A stretch of 64,000 nt of DNA from a bacterium (GTDB lineage: Bacteria > CAIWAD01): contig JAUXWS010000043.1 of assembly GCA_030685015.1 (NCBI GenBank), positions 26,844 through 90,843 of the forward strand. Reading direction: 5' to 3'. The position numbers and the translations under genes were made by a program. Positions 50,344 through 60,263 of this stretch are shown here, piece by piece. The notes beneath the pieces were generated by a model. That model saw only the letters and a list, made by a program, of their open reading frames with translations, was not told the DNA's origin and did not search any database. The stretch's first letter is position 1, and each line of letters opens with the position of its first letter.

Positions 50344-50398
50344 GTGCGGATTCCTGCCTGTTTGACGCCGGACAAAAGTAAGGAACGGCGGGGTGGGG

Positions 50399-50872
50399 TC
50401 AACCGCCGCTTGAGTGGCCACCTGCCTCCTCGGCCGGCTCCAGATCCAGCCGGAAGATGAGGGCGTCCTCGCCGTCGCCATAATAGCGGGGCCTTCGCCC
50501 CGTGGCGCGGAAGCCGCAACCCTGGTACAGGCGGATCGCCGCCTCGTTCGAGACGCGCACCTCCAGCCAGACGACACGGGCCCGCCGCCGCGCGGCCCGG
50601 TCCAGGAAGGCGCCCAGCAGTTGTTTCCCCCATCCTTCCCCCCGATGGACGGGATGGACGGCGATGGAGTGCAACTCCGCCTCGTCGGCCGCCACCCGAC
50701 CCAGCGCCGCACCCTGCAGGCGGTCGTCCTGGCAGAGGCCGAGGGCGAGCACACCGCCACTCGCCAGGGCCGAGGCAAACAGGCCGGCCGGCCAGGGATC
50801 GTCGGCGAAGCAGATCTTCTCCAGCGCGGCCAGGGCCGCCACGTGGCGATCGTCCAGGTCGATCAGCTCCAC
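50399..50872 (-). CDS. rimI: GNAT-family N-acetyltransferase (ribosomal-protein-alanine acetyltransferase RimI-like).
   Basis: Acetyl-CoA-binding motif HRGEGWGKQLL. About 157 aa. GTG start assumed at 50872; an alternative ATG at 50893 would overlap folP. Confidence 0.65.
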   Translation of the reverse strand: MELIDLDDRHVAALAALEKICFADDPWPAGLFASALASGGVLALGLCQDDRLQGAALGRVAADEAELHSIAVHPVHRGEGWGKQLLGAFLDRAARRRARVVWLEVRVSNEAAIRLYQGCGFRATGRRPRYYGDGEDALIFRLDLEPAEEAGGHSSGG

Positions 50873-51750
50873 GAGGCACCGTCCTCCAGCCACCGCCAGA
50901 CCCGCAGGGCCTGGACCGTCTCCGCCACGTCATGGACGCGCAGGATGCGCGCGCCTCGCCTCGCCCCCCAGATCGCCGCCGCCAGGGAGCCGCCCAACCG
51001 CCCGCCGGGGGGCGCGGGGGGCTGTCCTTGCTCCTCCTCCAGGGCCGCGACGAAGCTCTTGCGCGAGACGCCCAACAGCATGGCCTGCCCGGGCAGGGGC
51101 GTCCATCCGGCCAGCACTTCGCGAATGTGGCCGAGGCGCTTGCCAAAGCCGATGCCCGGATCCACCACGATGCGGTCGCGGGGCAGGCCCAGGGCGGTCA
51201 GCGCCCGGCTGCGCTCCACCAGGAACCCGCGCACCTCGGCCGCCGCGTCCTGATAGTGGGGTGCCACCTGCATGGTGGCCGGCGTGCCCTGCATGTGCAT
51301 GACGACGGTGGGTACGCGGCAGCGGGCCACCAGGGGCCAGAGGGCGGGATCCCGCCGACCGGCGCTGATGTCGTTGACGAGGACGGCCCCGGCCTCCACC
51401 GCGGCGCCGGCCAGGGCGGCGCGCTGGGTGTCCACGCTGAGCCAGGCGATCCCATCCCGGGCAAGCGCCCTGAGCAGGGGCAACACCCGGCCCATCTCCT
51501 CGTCCTCATCCACCGGCTGGGCGCCGGGCCGGGTCGATTCGCCGCCCAGGTCCAGCAGGTCGGCCCCCGCCGCCACCATCCGCCGGGCCGCAGCCAGGGC
51601 GCGTCCGAACTCGTGCGGACGACCCGTATCAACGAGCTGTCCCCCGTCGCTGAAGGAATCAGGCGTCAGGTTGAGCACGCCCATGACGAGGGGGGGGCGC
51701 GTCGCATCGTGTAGACGGGCCAGGAAAGCGTTGACGGCGGCCCGGTTCAT
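50863..51750 (-). CDS. folP: Dihydropteroate synthase.
   Basis: Pterin-binding TIM barrel with VMGVLNLTPDSFSDGG, DLGGESTRPG and GVSRKSF motifs. Confidence 0.9.
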   Translation of the reverse strand: MNRAAVNAFLARLHDATRPPLVMGVLNLTPDSFSDGGQLVDTGRPHEFGRALAAARRMVAAGADLLDLGGESTRPGAQPVDEDEEMGRVLPLLRALARDGIAWLSVDTQRAALAGAAVEAGAVLVNDISAGRRDPALWPLVARCRVPTVVMHMQGTPATMQVAPHYQDAAAEVRGFLVERSRALTALGLPRDRIVVDPGIGFGKRLGHIREVLAGWTPLPGQAMLLGVSRKSFVAALEEEQGQPPAPPGGRLGGSLAAAIWGARRGARILRVHDVAETVQALRVWRWLEDGASWS

Positions 51751-53276
51751 GGCGAAGGGGCTTCGTCCGGCGCCCTCATGGCCAGGGCCTGCTCCAGCAG
51801 GCGGCGGGACTGGGCCAGATCCACGGGATCGCCGCCCAGGGCCAGGCGCTTTTCCAGGTACTGGACAGCCACTTCCGGCCGTCCCTGCCGCAGATGACTG
51901 AGTCCCAGCAGGTGCAGCACGGTGGGGGGGCTGCCCAGGGCGACCGCCCGCTCCAGGGCCGGCACCGCCTCCGCCCAGTGGTTCAGGATGATGTGCAACT
52001 GGCCCAGGTTCAGCCAGGCGCGGGGATCATCGGGCCGGACCGCCAGGCTGGCCTGATAGGAGGCGAGCGCCTGCTCATGATCCATCAGTTCATAGGCTAG
52101 GTTCCCCCGCAGCAGGTGCAGCTCCGCGTCGCGGGGGTAGGCGGTCAGCGCCGCCTCGGCCAGGGCCACCGCCCGCAGCCCCTGGCGGTGGTTCATCCAG
52201 TGGTTGGCCTGGACGAGCACGGCGGGCCGGAAGGCCGGCAGGAGGTCCAGGCAGCGGGAGCGGGCCGTGGCCTTGTCGGGATAGCCGAAGGCGGCCAGGC
52301 CCTCCTTGGCCATGTGGGCCAACTGCCAGTAGATGAGCGGATGGCCCGGCTCGCGGCTGAGGGCATTGGCCAGGGCCTGGCGCGCCTGCTCCCACTCCCC
52401 GGTGCGGGCGAACCAGGCGCTTGCCAGCAGCCAGGGCTCGGCGCCCAGTTCCGTCCTCTCCGCTGCCCAGGCCAGCGCCCGGTTGACCCCCTCGGCCACT
52501 TCGGGCAGGGGACCGGCCAGGGCCAGCTGCAGGCTGCTGCGCCGCAGATCCTCCCAGGGTGGCAGGGGGCCGGTCGGCAGGTCCAGCCAGGCCTGGGCGG
52601 AATCGGGCACGGGTTGGTAGAGGATCCGCCAGGAGGCATCCCAGGGTCGGCGCTCCAGGACGGCCCCCTCGACATGGCGGGCCAGCAGCCGGTCCAGGGC
52701 CGCCGCCAGTGAATCCGGGCGGTCCGGGTGGGGACAGGGCTCGCCGCCCTCCCGCGTGCAAACCCGCCAATCCCACCGCCAAAGGACCAGGTGGGGGCGA
52801 TCCTGCGCCCCCACTTGGGACACGAGCAGGCGGACATCCAGGGCCGCCATCAAGCGGGCCGCCTCCGCCTCGCTCGCGGGCTGCGTGCGGCCCGTCTCGA
52901 GCAGATGCTGCACGATGCGCAGCGGCAGGGGCTTGCCCTGCCAGCGCAGGGTTCCCGACGCCGCGGGTGGACGCAGGTTCTGTTCGGCGCGGGCGAAGAC
53001 GGCCTCGCCGACGGGGCTGTCCCTCTCCTCCGGCGGCCAAAGAAGCAGACCCGCGGGGGGCGGCGCACTGAGCTGCAGGCGCAACAGGACGTGGATGCTG
53101 ACGATGAGCAGCCAACCGGCGGCCAGCCACGGCAGGGGGCTGCGATCGCGGAAGACGCCGATGGGCCGGATGACCACCTGCACCAGGACGCCCCAGAGCA
53201 GCAGGGCGCCCACCAGCGGCAGCACGCCCCCGGGCAGGTCGCCGCCGGCCCAGTTCCAGATCCGCAGGAGCTTCAT
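51747..53276 (-). CDS. Membrane-anchored TPR-repeat protein.
   Basis: Two N-terminal hydrophobic segments, then multiple TPR-like repeats (WLNLGQLHIILNHWAEAVPALERAVAL...). Its stop overlaps the folP ATG; its ATG overlaps the upstream gene stop. Confidence 0.6.
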   Translation of the reverse strand: MKLLRIWNWAGGDLPGGVLPLVGALLLWGVLVQVVIRPIGVFRDRSPLPWLAAGWLLIVSIHVLLRLQLSAPPPAGLLLWPPEERDSPVGEAVFARAEQNLRPPAASGTLRWQGKPLPLRIVQHLLETGRTQPASEAEAARLMAALDVRLLVSQVGAQDRPHLVLWRWDWRVCTREGGEPCPHPDRPDSLAAALDRLLARHVEGAVLERRPWDASWRILYQPVPDSAQAWLDLPTGPLPPWEDLRRSSLQLALAGPLPEVAEGVNRALAWAAERTELGAEPWLLASAWFARTGEWEQARQALANALSREPGHPLIYWQLAHMAKEGLAAFGYPDKATARSRCLDLLPAFRPAVLVQANHWMNHRQGLRAVALAEAALTAYPRDAELHLLRGNLAYELMDHEQALASYQASLAVRPDDPRAWLNLGQLHIILNHWAEAVPALERAVALGSPPTVLHLLGLSHLRQGRPEVAVQYLEKRLALGGDPVDLAQSRRLLEQALAMRAPDEAPSP

Positions 53277-54676
53277 GTCCCGATCCTCAGTTCCACCCGA
53301 TAGAGCAGGGCGCGGCTACGCGACGCCTCGGTGGTCTGCACCTGGACCAGGTTGCGCCCTGTCTGCAGCAGGCTGGAGACCGGCCAGGCCCGCGCCTGCT
53401 CCGAGTCGGCCAGGGGCAACTCGCGGGCCAGGACGGTGCCGTTGATCAGCACGGTCAGGGCGGCGCCCCGCGTCAGGACCAGAGGGTAGCGTTGGCCGGA
53501 ATCCGCGGCGACCAGCACCAGCTCGGCGCTCCACTCCGGGTTGACTTTCATGGGCAGGTCGAAGGCGAGACGCAGGGCCTGGGATCCGCCGGGACGACGG
53601 TCCATGAAGGCGCGGCCCAGCACAAGCGCCGATCCCGCGGCCCGGGGTCCGCTGGCCGCGTCGGCGCGGAAGTCCTCGCCCGGCATGACATAGCCTGTCG
53701 CCTCCAGGCGTATGCCGGATGAGCCCGCGGGGCGCCACTCCAAGCTCAGCGGCGCGTGGTGGGCAAGCTCCATGCTGAGGGGCGCCGTGGCGGTGAGAGA
53801 AAGCGGGGGCGGGGCGAGCAGGCCGGTCAGACGGGGGAAGCGCAGGACAAGCGGCAGCTCGAACCGATGGATCAGGCAGCGGCCGCGTCCCAGCAGTTCG
53901 TCCCCCCGGATGATCTCGGCCTCGGGCGGTTCGATCATCAGCTCGACGAAGTGCTCGCGGGGGGGCAGGGCCAGGCGGTGCATGCCGCCCCGCGCCAGCA
54001 GAGTGTCCAGCAGGACGCGGCCGCGCAGGTCGACTTGAAGGCGGCGGGGTCCGGGATCGAGCGCACGCGCGGCGCCTTGGGGCAGGACGCGGCCGTCGAT
54101 CTTCAGGCGGAAGGCGGCATCCCAGCGCGACCAGGCCAGGGTGTGGCCTTGCTCGACCAGGTCGCTGTCCGCGGGATGAAAAGGCGCCGCGCCCAACTCC
54201 AACAGGCTGCCCAACCCCACGGGGCGGGGGGTCGGGATCGTCGCGGCGGCCGCGGAAGGAGGTGCGCCGCCGACTTGCTGCACGGGGGTGGGCTGGGCCA
54301 GCTCGACCAGCTTGAAACTGAGGCTTCGTGTTCCCGCGGCCAGGTCCTTCCGCTCGAGGCGGTGGGAGATCGGTTCGGCCTCATGGCCGGCCAGCCGCAC
54401 CTGGATGAGGGCCGGACGATGGGCGGGCAGGCTCAGGCTTCCCGGCGTGAGGCCGTGCCCGGCCCGCAGGTTGACCAGGATCTCCGCGCCGGCCGGTTCG
54501 CTCAGCACCGTCACCTGGCAGCTGCCCGCCTGCTCCCGCCGACTCCAGAGCAAGGTGGCCAACAGGAGCAGAATCGCCCCCAGCAGGCTGGCCCAGAGCA
54601 GATGGCGCCGCCGGCCGGGCTCTTCATCGTTCATCTGAAAGCCCTTCCCGGCATGAAAGACAGGCTTGTTGCTCAT
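53273..54676 (-). CDS. Membrane-anchored hypothetical protein with an N-terminal PEGA-like domain.
   Basis: N-terminal transmembrane helix (LLWASLLGAILLLLATLLW), followed by CQVTVLSEPAGAEILVNLRAGHGLTP...LIQVRLAGHEAEP (PEGA-like). The remainder is beta-rich with no recognised domain. Confidence 0.45.
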   Translation of the reverse strand: MSNKPVFHAGKGFQMNDEEPGRRRHLLWASLLGAILLLLATLLWSRREQAGSCQVTVLSEPAGAEILVNLRAGHGLTPGSLSLPAHRPALIQVRLAGHEAEPISHRLERKDLAAGTRSLSFKLVELAQPTPVQQVGGAPPSAAAATIPTPRPVGLGSLLELGAAPFHPADSDLVEQGHTLAWSRWDAAFRLKIDGRVLPQGAARALDPGPRRLQVDLRGRVLLDTLLARGGMHRLALPPREHFVELMIEPPEAEIIRGDELLGRGRCLIHRFELPLVLRFPRLTGLLAPPPLSLTATAPLSMELAHHAPLSLEWRPAGSSGIRLEATGYVMPGEDFRADAASGPRAAGSALVLGRAFMDRRPGGSQALRLAFDLPMKVNPEWSAELVLVAADSGQRYPLVLTRGAALTVLINGTVLARELPLADSEQARAWPVSSLLQTGRNLVQVQTTEASRSRALLYRVELRIGT

Positions 54677-55281
54677 CGAAGCGGGCGCAAGCGGATGGAC
54701 AGGTCCACGCTGCCGCGCGGCTCCAGCTGGATCACCTGGAAGGGTTCGTCGGCGGGCAGATAGCCAGGCAGGCGCAATTCCAAAAGGTGCTCGCCCGGAC
54801 TCAGCTCCAGACGGGCGTCCGTCACCAATCCTGTGTCCTGGCCGTCCACGAAGATGCGCGCCCCGGGCACGTTGCTTAGCACAACCACCGTTCCCCGGTC
54901 GTCCAGCAGATACCAGGCGCCCAATCCAACGGCCAGGACGATGAGGGCCACCCAGCCGGCCAGCCGCAGCCAGACACGGCGCCGGGCCTCCTCCAGGTTC
55001 TCCACGTGCTCTTCATAATCGAAGTAGCCCTCGCGCGCCAGGATCTGCTTGCGGGTGAGCCACTCCGTGTCGCCGTTCTCGTTGACGTATTCGAAGTAGT
55101 CCGGCGAGTTCTGGTAATAGGAGCGGGCCTCTTCGGCCATGATGCGGCGTCTGGCCTGCTCCTGCAGGAACAGCTCCTCGGCCTCCCGGCGGGCCTCCTC
55201 CTCGTCGCGGCGCCGTTGATCCGCCTCCGCGATCTGCCGTCGCACTTCCTCGCGGATGAGGGCTTCCTGTCGTGGATCCAT
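54673..55281 (-). CDS. PEGA-domain membrane protein with a highly charged coiled-coil N-terminus.
   Basis: Arg/Glu-rich helix (EADQRRRDEEEARREAEELFLQEQARRR), a transmembrane segment (LAGWVALIVLAVGLGAW), and a C-terminal PEGA domain (VVVLSNVPGARIFVDGQDTGLVTDARLELSPGEHLLELRLPGY). Trimmed to Met-41. Confidence 0.55.
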   Translation of the reverse strand: MDPRQEALIREEVRRQIAEADQRRRDEEEARREAEELFLQEQARRRIMAEEARSYYQNSPDYFEYVNENGDTEWLTRKQILAREGYFDYEEHVENLEEARRRVWLRLAGWVALIVLAVGLGAWYLLDDRGTVVVLSNVPGARIFVDGQDTGLVTDARLELSPGEHLLELRLPGYLPADEPFQVIQLEPRGSVDLSIRLRPLR

Positions 55282-55445
55282 GCGCTCCGCCGCAAATGAA
55301 TGGATGACAGCGGCTTCCGGGTCTTGGCCGAGCTGGACCCTGGTTGGCTTCGCCACCTGCCCCCGCCCACATCGCCTGGCGTCCGCCGGTCGGACTGGCA
55401 AGGGGGGAACTCCCGGCCATGGGTCGAGCAGCTTCCCAGGTCTGG

Positions 55446-57430
<1,985 letters not shown>

Positions 57431-57431
<1 letters not shown>

Positions 57432-57991
57432 CAGGCCTTCCGCCCGCTGTCCCGGCCGTCCACGCGCACGTAGATCTCCGGCAGATTGCGCCAGTTCTGG
57501 CGGAAATCCAGGCCGAAGCCGATGACGAACTCAGGGCCGATCTCAAAGCCGACATAATCCAGGTCGAAGGAGAGGCGGCTGTTGTCGGGCTTGTGCAGCA
57601 ACGTGGCGAAGCGGACGGAGGCGGGGGCCTGCAGGGAGAACTTCTGCCTGAGGAAACTGACGGACAAACCGCTGTCCACGATATCCTCCACCACCAGGAT
57701 GTGGCGCCCCCCCACCAGGCTGTCGTAGTCCTTCTTCATCTTGACCTCGCCGGAGCTGGACAGCTCGTCGCCGTAGCTGGAGATCTTGATGAAGTCCACC
57801 TCGCAGGGCACGTCGATCGCCCGCATGAGGTCGGCTCCGAAGACGAAACCGCCATTGAGGACGATCATGAGGATCGGGTTCAAGCCCTTGTAATCCTCCG
57901 AGATCCGCCGACCGAGGACGCGGACGCGCTCCTCGATCTGCGACCGGCTGATCAGGACATCGAAGTTCATCTTTTCGATGGTCAGTGGCAT
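57431..57991 (-). CDS. hpt: Hypoxanthine phosphoribosyltransferase.
   Basis: PRPP-binding motif [13 protein letters not shown]. The tilS-hpt-ftsH order is the widely conserved one. Trimmed to MPLTIEKM. Confidence 0.9.
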
Positions 57992-59322
57992 GGCATCATC
58001 CAGATTGGCTCTACGTTTCCCACAGCATTCCCAGGCCAGGCGCGGGCGACGCCCGGACACCAGACGACCTCGCCCCCCTGCTCCACAACCAGCTGCAGGC
58101 CCTTCTGCGCCGGGGTATAACCCAGTATTCCCATCAGGTCGGCCAGGAGTGGCCTGCGATCCGGCCCCTGACGGATGCGGTCACCGGCCCGCCAACGGCG
58201 CAGGCGCACGGCCGAAGGTCCGCCCATTGCCGCGGGGTGCCAGAGCAGCGCCACCTCCGCGGGTGGCGCACCCCATCCCACTCTCCAGACGCCGGCCCTT
58301 AGCTCTTGGCCGGGTCGCAACTCCTGGTCAAAGGGCCTGACAGCCTGCATGACCAGCCAGGCGCGAGGTCCACCGATCTCCAGCCAGGCCGACCCCAGCC
58401 GGATCCGACTCCCTCGCCGGCCGCTTTGCAGTGCCGCCACGGCGCGGTCCAGGTGGGTTGTCGAGGGATCGCGCCCCCACAGTCCAAGCCGCCTGCCCAG
58501 TTGCCTGAGCGTCTCCCGCACCACCGCTCCATGATATGATAGAATGGCTTCCCGTTCAAGCGAGCTGCCGCACTCGGTGGGCTGAAGATCAAGTTTGTCA
58601 AGCAGTTCCATGACTTTTTGCTTCCGCTCCCGGGACATCGCGGCGACCTCTCGGCCCACCTCGTCCAGCAGGCGCTCCACCTCGGAGCCTCCCCGCCGAG
58701 CCAGCGGCCCCAGGATGTGGTGGCGCAGGTGGTTCCGCTCATAATCCGGCTCGCGGTTGCTGGCATCCTCGCGCCAGGGCAAGCCCAGGCGGCGGCAACG
58801 ATCCCGAATCCAGTCCGGCTCCAATGTGATCAGGGGACGGATCCAGCGCCCCGTCCGCGCCTCCATCCCGGCCGCAGCCCAAGGAGACTTCCCCTTCAGC
58901 AGCGTGGCCAGCACCGATTCCCGCTGGTCACCCGCCTGGTGGCCGAGCAGGATCACGCCATCCGCTCCGGCCAGCTCCTCCAGGCAGGCCCGCCGGCAAC
59001 GGCGGGCGGCGTCCTGCAGGTTGCCCGCCGGCGGTCGGGTCCAACGTCGGTCCTCCACCACCAGGGGGAGTCGCAGGCCAGCCGCCAGGGCGCGCACGTG
59101 GGCCTCGTCGCGGTCAGCCGCCGAGCCTCGCAGGCCGTAGTTGACATGGGCGACCACCAGGCGGGCCGGCCAACAAGAGGCCATGACCGCCGCCTGGAAC
59201 AGCAGATAGACGGAGTCGGCACCGCCGGAGACGGCGACCACCCAGTGACGTTCTGAGGGAAGAAGCAACTGGCGCCAGCACTGGGCGACGGGTGGATCGG
59301 CCTCCAGGAGGGTCGCGGTCAT
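57982..59322 (-). CDS. tilS: tRNA(Ile)-lysidine synthetase.
   Basis: N-terminal PP-loop SGGADS. Long C-terminal substrate-binding region. Confidence 0.85.
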   Translation of the reverse strand: MTATLLEADPPVAQCWRQLLLPSERHWVVAVSGGADSVYLLFQAAVMASCWPARLVVAHVNYGLRGSAADRDEAHVRALAAGLRLPLVVEDRRWTRPPAGNLQDAARRCRRACLEELAGADGVILLGHQAGDQRESVLATLLKGKSPWAAAGMEARTGRWIRPLITLEPDWIRDRCRRLGLPWREDASNREPDYERNHLRHHILGPLARRGGSEVERLLDEVGREVAAMSRERKQKVMELLDKLDLQPTECGSSLEREAILSYHGAVVRETLRQLGRRLGLWGRDPSTTHLDRAVAALQSGRRGSRIRLGSAWLEIGGPRAWLVMQAVRPFDQELRPGQELRAGVWRVGWGAPPAEVALLWHPAAMGGPSAVRLRRWRAGDRIRQGPDRRPLLADLMGILGYTPAQKGLQLVVEQGGEVVWCPGVARAWPGNAVGNVEPIWMMPCH

Positions 59323-59951
59323 TCTTCCAGCTGAGGAACCTGGATCAGGTGATGGGTGGTCTGTCCGGGCTGCAAGGCCACGTCCGACTCCGAATAGATG
59401 GTGCGGTTGCGGTAGCGCACCTCCAGCAGGTAGGTGTAGGCGGAATCCGGCTCCGCCTCCTTGGCCAGGGGCAGGTTGAGGAAGACGAAGCGGCCCTGCA
59501 TGTCTGTCTTGGTGCTGCGGAACTGGATGGCGGGGTTGTTGGCGCCAGAGCGGCGCAGGATCAACTGGACACCGCTGATGGGGTGGCGGTCGCTCTCGCT
59601 CACCACCTCACCCGAGATGTGGGACACGGCGGAACGCACGGAATCGCGGCGGTCCTGGCCCTCCTCCCGATCCGTGTCGAGCTGGCGACGGCGCTCCGGG
59701 CCGATGTAGTCATTGCCGCCGCGACGCTGCGCCATGGGGCCTGCGCCCGACCCGGCCGGCCGCGGACGGCCATTGGCTGGCACCTGGTCGCCCAGCTGGA
59801 CCTTGAGGTTCATGATGGCGTCCTCGAACTCCCCAGGGACAAGAACACCCTTGCCCTCCAGCAGGAAGACGAGGGCATTGATCCTGCGGGACACGTCAGA
59901 GGCGGCGGACAGCGGCGCGGGATTGGCCGCTTTGCGGTGATTGCGCATCAA
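59319..59951 (-). CDS. Hypothetical protein with a C-terminal carboxypeptidase-regulatory-like (CarbopepD_reg) beta-sandwich.
   Basis: ISGVQLILRR...TDMQGRFVFLNLP resembles the CarbopepD_reg fold. No signal peptide is evident. The stop overlaps the tilS ATG. Confidence 0.4.
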   Translation of the reverse strand: MMRNHRKAANPAPLSAASDVSRRINALVFLLEGKGVLVPGEFEDAIMNLKVQLGDQVPANGRPRPAGSGAGPMAQRRGGNDYIGPERRRQLDTDREEGQDRRDSVRSAVSHISGEVVSESDRHPISGVQLILRRSGANNPAIQFRSTKTDMQGRFVFLNLPLAKEAEPDSAYTYLLEVRYRNRTIYSESDVALQPGQTTHHLIQVPQLEE

Positions 59952-60070
59952 TTGTTCCGTTTTTCCTACCTGAGGGGCGGGACCCGTGTGATCTCGGGTC
60001 GCCGATGGTCCGGGTCATGTGGATTTGGGATGGTTCAGCGATACCAGCAAGCTCACCAGCCAGGCACTGA

Positions 60071-60144
60071 TAGCAGTGCAGGGACTCGAACCCCGGACAC
60101 GCGGATTATGATTCCGCTGCTCTAACCAGCTGAGCTACACTGCC
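60071..60144 (-). tRNA. tRNA with a CAU anticodon, elongator type. It could be tRNA-Met or tRNA-Ile2 (the lysidine substrate).
   Basis: Reverse complement GGCAGTGTAGCTCAGCTGGTTAGAGCAGCGGAATCATAATCCGCG...GGTTCGAGTCCC...CACTGCTA forms a cloverleaf. Anticodon loop AUCAUAA (U33, A37). No three-GC initiator signature. Confidence 0.75.
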
Positions 60145-60153
60145 AGTTTGATA

Positions 60154-60226
60154 TAGCGGGGACAGGATTCGAACCTGTGACCTTTGGGTTATGAGCCCAA
60201 CGAGCTGCCAACTGCTCCACCCCGCA
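60154..60226 (-). tRNA. Initiator tRNA-fMet (CAU).
   Basis: Reverse complement TGCGGGGTGGAGCAG...GCTCGTTGGGCTCATAACCCAAAGG...GGTTCGAATCC...CCCCGCTA. Three consecutive G-C pairs close the anticodon stem, and a 1:72 mismatch (U·U) is present. Both are hallmarks of bacterial initiator tRNA. CCA is not encoded. Confidence 0.8.
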
Positions 60227-60263
60227 ATGAGGACACGCAATATAGCTGGAAGCGGAGGCCATG

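Noticed and set aside
50872-50893. Longer rimI start at ATG 50893.
   Set aside because: It would overlap folP by 31 nt. The GTG at 50872 just downstream of the folP stop gives a more typical arrangement; this choice is uncertain.
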